Assembly (NCBI RefSeq): GCF_021028975.2
Contig: NC_059436.1
Location: 25,792,001-25,856,000 of the forward strand
From: Sphaerodactylus townsendi
Taxonomy: Eukaryota
DNA length: 64,000 nt
Reading direction: 5' to 3'
Shown: in pieces, positions 23,901 through 35,300 of the stretch
How positions within the stretch are numbered: position 1 is the stretch's first letter
Layout: each line of letters begins with the position of its first letter
Notes under the pieces: generated by a model
Told to the model about the DNA's origin: nothing
What the model saw: the letters and a program-made list of their open reading frames with translations, nothing else
Databases searched by the model: none
Made by a program: the position numbers and the translations under genes

Positions 23901-24848
23901 GAGCCCTGACCTTCCCTGACGGCTCTCCCTCCCCCTCTCCACAGCTGTACACGGGGACGGTGCGCAACAGGAACTCCCGGCCGGTGTGTAAGCTCTGCAA
24001 CCCGCGCGTGCAGCTGCCGGAGGACATCCTCCACAAAGACCGGGAGTACAACCTGTCCATCATCTTGCTGTCTGTGGATTTCAGTGACTCAGGGAAATAC
24101 ACCTGCTTCGTCAAGAACCCCAAGGAGAAGGGGGCCGAGCACAACGCCACCATCACCCTGGCCGTGGTAGTGGAGTGTGAGTACTGGGGGTGGGGGGTGG
24201 GGGGAGGGGCCTTGTGCCCAGCCCAGAAGCTCCCTTGGGCCTGGCTGACCTGAGGTTTCTGGGTGTCCAGTCCTCCTGGCACCTTCTGCCTGACCTTCAC
24301 TGCTGTTATCCCCCCACCTCCTCTGCAGTGGAGAAGGTGGACAAGACGCTGACCAAGATCATCGCAGCCGTGGTGGGCGGTGTCATTGGGCTCCTGGTCC
24401 TCATCCTGGTGGCCAAGAAACTCATCCTGTTCGCTCTCAAGAAGAGGAAGGAGAAGACGTGAGTGGGCGTCCCTGGCCGAGAGAGCTCTCTCCTGCCGCC
24501 CCAACCTGCCCCTGAGCAGCACAGGTGGCCACTGGGAGGGAGGTGCTGCTAGGCCTTCCCAAAGTGGAGCAGGGCAGAGGGCTGGTTGGGTTCATCAGAG
24601 ACAGCCATGACACCCTCTGGGTGGCTTCAGCACATGAAACTTCTTTGCCAGGGCAGGGGCGAGGGAGGCTGCTCGGCCAGTCTTGTGGGAGAAGGTGTGG
24701 CCTGTGGCCTATGGCCGTGGCCAGCCAGCCTCTTCTCTGCTCCTCTGTCCACAGCAACGAGTGTCTTGTGAGCTCCTCAGGAAATGACAACACTGAAAAT
24801 GGGCTGGCCGGTTCCAAAGCAGACCAGAAATCTGCTCCCAAGGCCTGA
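21874..24848 (+). CDS. SCN4B: Voltage-gated sodium channel beta-4 subunit, about 222 aa; exons 21874-21907, 23353-23531, 23945-24176, 24329-24458, 24755-24848
   Basis: MAGGWLGAALLG / LEVSVGKAATIFTQNGSDVLLPCHFTACIGFE / DFSDSGKYTCFVKNPKE..HNATITL / LEKVDKTLTKIIAAVVGGVIGLLVLILVAKKLILFALKKRKEK / NECLVSSSGNDNTENGLAGSKA. Splice sites are canonical and phases consistent. Confidence 0.95.
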
Positions 24849-27800
24849 AGCGGCTGTGGGAAGGCTGTCCCGGGAGGCTCCGGGATCCAGGCCCAGCCGA
24901 GAAGAAGAGGAGAGGCCTATGCAAACCCACAGTTTGATGCTTGAGACACGACTATATAACACCGCTGCCTGCAACCAATGCTGCTTTGCAGAGATACCTG
25001 CACACCTTGGCTGGGCTGGCGGGCGCGGAGATGCCCACTGCCTGGGGGTGGCAGGGAAGAGGCATGGGCCTGGCCCCATCGGGGTCCAGGAGGCAGAAGG
25101 GGATGCGTGCTCAGGCAGGTCCTGAGCCACAGTGGTGCCAGGCTTGGGGGGGGGGACACCCACAGCCGGCTGTGGGCAGGTAGGTGGGCTGGGAGTTCTG
25201 TGCCAGGGACTCCTTTCAAGCACCACTCTCAGCCAACGGGCCTCAACAGATAAAGCCTCTCTCTGGAGAAAGGGAGGGCCAGGCAGAAGGGGGGTGGGAA
25301 GGAGGGGCAGACAGGGGGTCCTGCCTGGGTGTGGGCCTGGTGGCCTTTCTCCAGGCACAGTTGCCAGACTTGACTTTGTGGCCTGCATCCTGGTATGAAA
25401 GAGCCCCCTCCCTCCCTCCCTGCTTCCCATAAGGCCGGTGCTGGGCCTGGGAGCCTTGAGTTCCATGACTGGGTGGTGGGGGCGGCCTTGGAGGGCTTGG
25501 CTGGGGAGGGGAACTGAGGCCTCTGGCAGCCAGCGGAGGGAACGGTCCTTCTCAGGAGTTTGCCCCCTGCCCCGCCTGCAGCGCTGGCCTTGGGGCCTTG
25601 GGGCCATGCCACGGCCTCAACCAGAAAGCCACACTCGTGGCTTGGCACGTCCCTGCTGCCAGGCTGCCCAGCTGCACCCCCATTCCAACTCCTGCATGTG
25701 TTCTTCCTGGGCTCCCTCCCTGCTTGTGGAGGGGCCAGGACTCGACCATCCTGACTTGCTTCTGCCTGGGCTGGGCTGGGCTGGGCTGGGCTGGCAGGAG
25801 AGGCCGGCCAGCAGCCTTTGTGAGGTCCCAGCCCTGAGCTGGCCTGGCCTCCTGCAGGTACAAGGCCATGGCCATAGCCCCCTTCTTGCCTGCCTATCCT
25901 GCCGTGCGGGGCTGCCCGTGAGCATGGCATGTGGGGGCCTGGAGGCCTCAGAGCCCCTCCCTTTAGCTACCAGCCCTGATGGGGCCCGAATGAGACACCT
26001 GGCAGCACAGGTGCATTTGTCATGCTTGCATGCTGAGCCCATCTGAGTGTCCTGCGGGGGCATTTCCAGAATTAGGATTTTGTGTTCTGTTTTTGAAGAT
26101 CAGGAATGAGGAAAGACTGTAAGTTGGAGGAGTCCAGAATTTGGCACGAGACAGAGAGGCTGGCCCGGGCCCTCCTCCTGGAGTTCTGGCTCAAGGTGGC
26201 ATATCGGGCCAGTGCATTCTCAGCTTTTTAACCATGAGGGCTAGATTTTTTTTAAAAAAGAAACCCGATCCTTTGCTAATCCCACTCAAAAAACCCAAGT
26301 CCACCAGACATTGTTTTTCCGTGCTCCTCAGTCCTGTTGGGACGGAGCGCTTAGGTGGAATTCTGGACGTCTCCCAGCTCCAGGAGTCAAATGGGGAGGC
26401 CCCGTTTGACTCCTGTGAGATTCCTGGCAAGAGTTTCACCCCCCACCCCCACCCCACCCCACCCCACCCCCTCCTTCCCTGTGCATTTAAGTGCTGAAGG
26501 GCAGACCTTGCGTCTGCCTGTTTACCTGACCTGCTGGCTGCTCCACCTGTTGGGGGTCGGCAGTAGGAAAAGCAATCGATTTCTCAGGGCAGGATTCTGC
26601 TGCCGCCCCCACCTGTCTTCTCAGGAGAAGGGAAGATGTCGCCCGCGTAGCTTTCAAAAAGGCAAACCCTTCCCCTGTGCGTGCCTCAGTCTCCCCAACT
26701 GCAAACTGGGGGTTGTAATCCTGACCTACCTCACAGGGAGTGTGAGGAGGCCCCGCTACTGATGATTGCCAAGGGCTCTATTGGGGCGGGGGCGGGGGGG
26801 GCACTGCATTTTAGCAGCAATGGATGGTCTTCTTGCGCTCCTTTGCCAGTTCATTTTGTTTCTAGTTTTTGTAATCCTGGCCTGTTGCTTGGTTAACCAG
26901 ATACCTCTCATGCTATTGGAGTGCATAGTTTCAAACCATGTAAGCTGCCTCGATGAGGCTGGAAATAAAGGAAATAAACAAGACAGACAGATTTTTCTCC
27001 TGCGTCTGGTCAACTGTCAGCCTCCTGGGCCCCGCGGGTTGCTCTTCCTCACAAGCTTGGCAAGAGGGCTCCGAACGCACGCGCTGGTCAGTAGCCAGGC
27101 TGGGAGAGAGTGCCTGGACCCCTTGGTTTCCCGGAGCAGGGTCCTCCCAGTCGGGGAATGTCATGGGGAGTGCTTTGCCCTAACCATCCTCTGTGAGGGG
27201 TGGGAAAGGGGCAGCTCCGCCTGGCAGGGTTCCCTAACTCCATGGGCTGAGCAACCCCCTCTCCCCCTCCTTTCACCTCCAATGGGAAGCAGGGCCAAGC
27301 GTTGGTCCCCTTGGGAAGCAATCCTTGGGAACGGCCTCCCTTGCAAGACCCTAGCTCCTGGAAACCTCTCCATGCCCTTATTCCACCCAAACAGAGCCTC
27401 CAACTAGCTCTCTGCAAGGGCCTGGGCCCCACAGTAAGCAAGTTCTCCCCAGCAGCTGCATGGAAATGGGCTGCCTGCCCCTCCCTGGCCCACGCACGCA
27501 CGCACGCACGCACGCACGCAGAAGGCTCCTCCTGCCCACTGGCTGCCTCCTCTGCCACCCAGCCAGCAGGGGCAGGCCTGTTCAAGAGCCTCCTGCCTGC
27601 CTGAGCAGATCTATGGTGGAGACGGACTCAGGCACACCCAAAGGCCTCCTGCCAGCTGCAGCCAGTGTTGGTTCAAAGCAGGAAGGCTTTGTAGTGCCTT
27701 TCCCCTTTTTATGCCCATGGGAATAAAATGTAGGTGGTGAGCAGAGAAGGATGTCTGCTCGGGTGCAGCAGGGCCCAGATTCAACCCCCGGGCATGGCTC

Positions 27801-28016
27801 CCGTTAGAGCAGCCAGAGACCCTGGAGAGTGGCCGTCAGTCTGAGCCTTGGTGGACAGGTGGTCAGACTCAACACCAGGCAGCTCCCTGCCCCCCCCCCA
27901 TCCCCAGCTCCCTCCCTGGAGCCTCCTCCATCTCTGCCTGGGTTCAATGAGGAGCCCCTTGTGCCTGCCGGCCACCGTCCCTCCCCAGCCGGCTCTGGGC
28001 TGGTTCCAGCAGCTGG

Positions 28017-28018
<2 letters not shown>

Positions 28019-28067
<49 letters not shown>
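28019..28067. repeat. (CT)n microsatellite
   Basis: Perfect CT dinucleotide run. Confidence 0.95.
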
Positions 28068-28070
<3 letters not shown>

Positions 28071-28134
28071 CTGGCCAGGCCTGAGTGGGGCTGCATCAGA
28101 TGCAGCAGAGCACAGGAGAGAACAGCACCGACCC

Positions 28135-28276
28135 TCCTGACAGCTCAAACAGGCCTGGACTTTGGTGCAGACGCCAAGGTAGGGGAGCTCCCCCAGCCTT
28201 GGCCTTGACTGACCATGCCCACCATTCACCAGTAGCCTCTCTCTCTTGTGCCCTGCGGGGCTCTTCTGCTGTCTGC
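28135..28276 (-). pseudogene. TMPRSS4: Decayed catalytic-serine exon of a trypsin-like protease; TMPRSS4 remnant by synteny
   Basis: A minus-strand acceptor (ctgtctccctctccag) is followed by ADSRRAPQGTRERGYW*MVGMVSQGQGWGSSPT and, after a frameshift, LGVCTKVQACLS. This corresponds to GDSGGPL..W.VVGIVSWG.GCG..TPGVYTKVSAYL. In-frame TGA at 28228-28226. Position between SCN4B and SMIM35 on the opposite strand matches TMPRSS4. Confidence 0.8.
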
Positions 28277-31200
28277 CTGGAGAGGGAGACAGCGTGGCAC
28301 AGGGGAGGGGTGGAGTCAGGCCTGCTGGGCAGTCAGGGAGTCCAAGGATATGTCTGTCCAGCTGCATTTCAAACACCAGGTGCCAAACAAGGGTAACTTG
28401 CTGTACTCCCTTCCCCCTCCACTGCTCCCCCCCCCCAGCTCAGCTAATTGTTCTGGCTCTAAGAGAAGGGGAGCAGGCAGCCCCCACTATCCCTGCAGCA
28501 AAGCAGGCAGAAGCCTCTGCAAAAAGTGTTGGAAGTAGCAATGCCTAATTAATGTGCAAAGGAACTAAGAAGACTCAGCTGGCTGGACAAGTGGTCAGCT
28601 AGAGAGGGCTGTAAGGGTCATGACCTCTTGGTCCTTTTGTGTCACCTCTTGCCTGTCCTTAGAATGACACTCTTGGGTTGAAGGGATTCCTCCTTCTCAG
28701 AAAGGGGGCTCTCCTCCTTCCCTAGCTAGCCAGGCAGCTTACCCTGGTCCCATCTGAACCGTAGTTCCCTAATTAACATTTACCTTTTAATCAGCGTGGC
28801 TGGCATTTATCTGCACTCCTAGCACACTTTGAACAAAAATAACCTCCAGGTCGTCATTGCTGTGGCCAGGAATATGGGGAGCAGCTGCTGGGCGAAACCA
28901 CAAGGGCTGGGGGGCGGGATGCATTTGCAGGCTGGAACCAAGGCTGGGCCTGGCCTCTCAGCCAGATGTGCCAAACATGGAGTCCACAGATCCAGAACAG
29001 AACAGCCTTGGAGAGGGGTAAAGAATGAAGGAGTCCCACACTGTCAGGAGTCTCTTGTGTGTCACAAAGAGTATAATGAAGATCTGTAGCTATCATGTGT
29101 GTCTGGGCCCACATGCGAGAAAGAGGCATCCGGGAATGTAAGGAAGTCCCAACTAAACACAGCAGAAAAGACATGGGGGGGGGGGGGGGGGCTGGCTGGA
29201 GCCCGGCAGCTCGGTCCTGCAAGAGGAACTGGAAATTGCACATTTTTGCTATTCTTTGTTATGAATAAAAAATATCGAGAATTAGCTGACATGATGGCTT
29301 TTTAAAATCTTAAGAATATATTTGAATATGGAAAACTTTGTGTGGTGCTTGGAAGTTATGATCCAGTGAGCCAAGGATGTGAGTCTGATGGGGGGGGAGT
29401 GGGGGGGGTTGGAGATGATTTTGACAACCTCTAAATGTGCGGGGATGAACGAAGAGCCTCCGCAGAACCCTGCTGGAGCAGAGCAGTGCTCCAACGCCTG
29501 GCAGGGCGCCATGAACACAGAAAAATACAGACTGATAGTAATTTTAGAGGTTACATCATAGGTGGAATTATGCAATCACAATACAGGGCCACCAAGGGCC
29601 ATTAAGCGGCTTCTTCCAAGATGAGACTCCAGGTCTTATCTTTGGTGAGGAAACACCTCCAAATGGGGATAGCACAGATGTTTGCCTACTGGCTCTTATG
29701 CATATTCACCTTGACTTATCTGGCTGTTAATGGGTTTTTACAGCATTTAGTGGGGTGAGGTGATTAGGTTATTCTTTAGAGATTTTTTCCCAAAGTAGGA
29801 GGAAATTACTTAACATAACTTTTGCCATCAGCTGTGGTCTCTTCCTGGGTGTGTGTGACAATTACTTGGGGCTCTGTCAAAATGCAGAAGGGGTTTGCCG
29901 GATTCATCTACTGTCTGCATCCTGTTTATCTGGGTCCACCTGTAGCATAACCTAATCTTTTTGTTTCAGGAAGCTTGTGACTTAGACAGTGGTTTCAGGA
30001 ATGCATTTTACAGCAGGAAGGAAAACTTTACAGAAAATCAAAATAAAACCTAAATTCTACTAACATTATATATCTATCAAAACTAAATTAAAAACAAAAT
30101 AATTATTATCTGTCTCTCTGGCTACAACACTCACTGCCTGCGAGCAGCCCAAAGTTTTGTTCTACAGTGTGGTGAATGGTGGGGGGACATTCATGGGGAC
30201 TGCCACCAGCTGGGAGTTCAAATCCTACACCCCAACCCTCCCCCCCTTCCTGGGCTCTCCTGCTGACATTTCCTTGGGCCAGAGAGTCCAGGGACCGGGC
30301 CTGAGAACGCTGCCTGCCTTGTAATCCTGCTGCAGACTCAGCAGTCAAAAAGAAAGGGGGAGGCGACGACGTTGCCGGCAGGTCAGCACTACAGCGGTGG
30401 ATCTTCTACTGCTGGCAGCTTCGGCTGCAGCGCTTGCTGTCAATTTGCCAGCCGCAGCAGATCCTCGGCTGCAGTGCAGAGAAGCAGGCGGGCAGAGGGC
30501 CAAGAAGAGAAGGCTGCTGGTGCATCCCCACCAGAAAGGGCAGAGGCAGGAGGGGGGGAGGTGGCCTCATCTCTCCCCCCCCCCCCCAGTTGCTCTGCTG
30601 CTGCTGCAACCCAGGGAGGAGGAGGGGGGACCCTTCTTTTCTGCTCTGGGGTGGGGAAGGTGTGTAGCCCTTGAAACATCCAAGGCAGGAGGGGAAACTC
30701 CTCCATGCAATCAGGCATGCCTGGGTCAGGGGCCAGAAACAGCTGGAGCCAGAGTGGCGGCAGAAGCAGCGGCAGCGGCGGCAGCAGCCCACTAGTGAAG
30801 GTTGCCCAGACACAGACGGTGGCTGCTGCTGTGGAAAAGCTGCTTGTTGTCTTGCTGGAGCAGGTGCCCAGCCAGGGGAAAGGTGACCTCCCACCCACAA
30901 GGCTGAATGGGGTAAAGGACCCAGGGTACCTGCTGTGTGGGAAAGCTAGGGATGCTGGGAAATGCAGTGCTTGGACTGGGGATCTGGGGTGGGGTTGGTG
31001 GTGGATTGGGGTCACTAACATCTCCTGCCCCCAAAGGAGGGCAGCCTGGTGGTCCCTGCACAGAAGAAGGGATGCTGTTGCAGGGAGGGGAAGAAGAGTG
31101 GCCTCTGCTAGACCCCCCTCCCCTCCACAGCCACGACAGGTGGTGTCTTCCGTGGCTCTTCTGTGCTTGGCTGAGAGGCCTGCTGGGCCCGTGGGGCGGG

Positions 31201-31549
31201 GGGAGGGGCACGGTTCATGGCAGGCTGCTTTACACATGTTCAGCTGCTGGGCTCAGAGGCTACAGCGGCCGCACCTGCCTGCCTGCCTGCCTGCCAGGCC
31301 AGGTCAAAGGGGGCGCGTCCAGGCCCAGGTGGCCCTCTGGCTAACCACTTGCAGTCCAGACTGGTGCCCTTCCCACACCTGCCAGGCGGCTCCCTGCTGG
31401 GGTCAGGGGGAGGCAGCAGGTCCAGGCAGGGCAGCCTGCCAGGGCGGGGGGGGCATTTTTGCCGAGGAGGGGCCAGTGGGCCTCTTTGTCCTGAAAGACC
31501 CACCTGGGGGCTTGGGCTGCAAGGCCAAAGGTCCCCCCGGGCCTTCCCG

Positions 31550-32350
31550 CCCCCTGGCCAGCGCCGAGCAGCGCGCGTCTCTGCGTCGGGCGGGAGACCG
31601 GGGAGCACGGCCCCCCGAGGGCGCTGCTAGGAGACGCCGCCCGCGGACCAGCCCTCCAGGTCCGGCTGTCGCCGCGCCAGCAGCAGCCCGGATCCTCTCG
31701 GTCGCCGTCGCCGGCCGTTCCAGGGAGCCCCGCCCCGCCATGACAGGTAGGCCCGGCTGAGGCTCTCAGACCGCAAAGTGGCGGCCCTCCCTGCAAGGTG
31801 GGCGCCGTACCTGCGAGAAGCGCTGCCGCGGAGAGTCCCTCGAGGAAGCCCCCGCCCGCCCCGACAGTGCCGCTGCGCAGCGAAGAGAGGACGTGTCTGT
31901 GTGATGCACCTTCTGGCGGGCTTCTGCCCAAGCCGTGGCCGGTGGGGGGGCACTCGGTGGGGGGCTCTCAGCCAGGCGAGGGCGGAAGACAGTAGTTGGG
32001 ACTGAGGCGGCCCGGGGGGCTCGGGCTTTGCAGGGCGGGGGCTTGCGAGGAACCGCGCTGCCGCCTAGCTGGAGGTAGGCGGGGCAGTCAGGCCTGCTGC
32101 GCTGGCGGGGAGATTTCCCAGGGCAGGCCCAGGAAGAGCGGCTGGCAGTAGTCGGTCCCCCTGGGGCTGGAGGTCAGCCTGCCTGCCTGCCTGCCTGCCT
32201 GCCACGGAGCCCCGCTGGGAGGGAGCGGGGGCTCCGCTGGAGTTTATGGCACAGAGAAGCGGGCGAAAGGAAGGAAACCGCGTGTTAGCAGCAGGCTGGG
32301 AGGGAGGGCGAGGCCTCCAGGCGCTGCTCTCATGCTAGCGAGGGGGGAGG
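31550..32350. promoter_or_regulatory. CpG island / SMIM35 promoter
   Basis: CpG-rich block containing the SMIM35 ATG micro-exon. Confidence 0.65.
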
Positions 32351-35300
32351 AGGGGGCGTCTCTGCTACTGACTTGACTGCCCAGCAGAAGCAGGAGGAGG
32401 TCAGCCCCGAGAGCGGCGGTAGGCCTTTGACAAGGTGCCCCACAACATCCTCCCAAGCAAGGCTAGACAAGGCTACTGTTAGATGGATTTGTGATTGGTT
32501 GACTGACCAAACCCAAAAGGTGCCCACCAATGGCTCATTGTTATCCTGGAGAGAAGTGACTAGTGGGGTTCTGTCCCGGCCCCAGTGCTATTCAATATTT
32601 TTATCAATTACTTGGATGTTGGAATAGAGGGCATGCCAATCAAATTTGCAAATGATATCAAATTAGGAGTAGCTAATACCCCAGAGGACAGGGTCAGAAT
32701 TCAAAATCACCTGGACAGATTGGAGAACTGGGCCAAAACTAATAAAATGAATGTCACAGAGATAAATGTAAGACACTATAGGTAGGCAGAAAAAATGGTT
32801 TGATAACAGTACACATGAAAGGGATCTGTACATGAGTCAGAAGTGATGCAGCAGCCAAGAAAGCCAATGCAATTCTAGGCTGCATCAATCTGAGTATAGT
32901 GTCCAGACTGAGGGACGTAATAATACCACTCTATTCTGCACTGGTCAGACCTCACCTGGAATACTGTGACCAGTTCCGGGCACTACAATCCAAGAAGATA
33001 TTAACAAGCTGGAACAGGTCCAGGGGAGAGCAACCAAAATGGTCAAAGGTCTGGGATGCATTCCTTGCGAGGAGAGACTTAGGGAGCTGGGGATGTTTAG
33101 TCTGGAAAAGAGAAGGTTAAGGTGTGACATGATAGCCATGCTTAGATATCTGAAGGGATGTCATGTTGAAGAGGGAGCAAGCTTGTTTTCTGCTGCTCCA
33201 GAGACCAGAACCAGGACAAATGGATTCAAGGTCCAGGAAAAGAGATTCCACCTAATCATCAGGAAAAACTTCCTGAGGGTCAGGGCTGTTTGACAGTGGG
33301 ATGCTCTACCTCGGAGAGTGGCGGAGTCTCCTTCTCTGGAGGCTTTTGAGCAGGGGCTGGATGGCCGTCTGTCAGGAGTGCTCTGACTGTGTGTTCCGCA
33401 TGGCCAGGGAGTGGGCTTGATGGCCCGGTGGTCTCTTCCAGCTCCATGATTCTACACGTAGTTCCTAATAAACATTTACCTTTTACCCTTCTAATCAGAG
33501 TGTTAGCTGCTTCTCTGTGTAGTGAAATCCAACAAGGAGTTGGGGGGAGGTCCCCAGGCAGAAGTGCGTGGTGCCTGCTTGTCTTGCAACACAGGAAGCT
33601 TCCCTGCAGAGTGGCCCCGGAGGACGCAGGCTGGTGCCGTGGCATCGGAGTGTGCCAGCTGGCTTATGCAACAGCGACTTCTGATTCCCAGCAAGGGAAG
33701 CAGGGAGAAGCTCTGGCGGGCAGGGCTCCGAGGGGCAATGGTTGCCAGGAAGCCCGGAGTGCTCTGGGGCCCAGGCTCTGCTGCGGCATCTTTCCCCGGC
33801 TTTCCGTCTTCAAGAGGGCCCCCTCCTGGCACCGGCCTCCCTTTCCTGGTGGCCTTTTAGTGGGTTCTGTTTTTAGGCTATTACCAGGCTGAGCAGCACA
33901 TGATCTCCTGGTTGTCCTTATGCCTGGATTGCAGGGGGCCAATAGGGAGGGGGCCCTGCTTCCAGCTCCCTCTGGATTCACAGTGGAGGAGAGCCAGTGC
34001 AGTGCCCCTGCTCGCCCCAAGGGGATCTCTGGGATCTTCCACGACACAAACTGAATAGAACCTCCATGCTCAAAGGGAATATTTCTGGAATGCCAGATCC
34101 TGGGGTGAGGCGGGTGGCGGGTGGGGGGGACGGAGAGAGAGAGAAAGAGAGAGGGAGAGAATTAATGCTTTTCCTGGATGTGAGTTGTGGCAGAACCTGA
34201 TGGGCCTGCCAGGCTGGGTTAATTGTTTATAACATTTAAAACTTGTGTTGGGGTGACAGGCAGGACATGGCCCATGCCTGCCTGCCAGGTTCTTTCCCAC
34301 CTCCCTTGATTGGCCTTTGTCTGGCTGCCCGCCCTCCCACGTCATCTCAGCGCCGCCGGTGGTGAAGACGAGACTGCTGGGCCCTTTCCTCTGGCCCCTG
34401 ACGTCAGATGGCCTCAGCCCAGCCAGGCAGTTGTGGAGGAGGCCCTGTAGAAAAGGACCCGTCTGTCCTAGGCCCCACCCAGCGTGGTGTTGTGTTTAGG
34501 AGCAGGTGGGCCCTCGTCTGGAGAACTGAGTCTGATCCCCACTCCTCCAGGTGGGGGACGGGGGACAGAGAGGGGCTTTTGGGCATGGGCTATGCAGAGG
34601 CCCCCTAAATCTGGAATCGGCCCTGCAGTTGACTATTCATGTGTTCCATTTTCCCATGAGTTTAAGAAAAAACACCCTTAAAAAAAAGAAAACACTCATG
34701 CAGGGGAGGAGGCTGCACTACCTGCTGAGAAATGTGGGCAAAGTTTGACCCAGCTGGTTTTCTCCAAGTGGGCCAGAAGGTTGGTGGTTGGTTCATTGGA
34801 CTGGTGGCCCCTTCTGGGTCACGCTCAGACTTGGCCCACCGCCTGGTCAGATTTGTGTGCATGGCGGGGCGTGCCTGCTTCTGTGGCCTGGCATCCAGGT
34901 GCAGAGTGAGTGTGAGGACGCTGCATTCCCCACCTGGGCGCACCCAGGCAAGGTCAACAGCTGCGGGTCACCCTGGCGTGTTCTGCTGATGCAGCAGTGG
35001 TGCTGCGTGCAGGGCCGGCTCCTTTTCTGTGCCTCTGCATTAGTATTCCTCCTGATCCCAGCAAAACTGATTTTGGAACATCAGCATTAAGGCCATTTCC
35101 ACCGGTGATGCTGCAATGAATTTTTTATTTCCTGTGTTTGTAGTCGTGATTTTAAAAGGGCTCTCTCTGACCTTCCCTTTGGCACGGAGGGTGTGCAGGA
35201 GCGAGGGACTGCCCAGGCAGGACTCCTGGCCAGCAGCGAAGGAAACAGGGCGGCCTGGGTGTGCTCCTGCAGCGCCACAAAGGATGAGGGGTGGGGGAAA

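Noticed and set aside
28440-28870. Further TMPRSS4 exon remnants (EVTQK, FAEASAC, TLIK fragments)
   Set aside because: Matches of 4-6 residues with inconsistent order, not distinguishable from chance.
30440-31760. Long ORFs on both strands upstream of SMIM35
   Set aside because: Low-complexity GC-rich sequence with no recognisable domain or TMPRSS4 motif.
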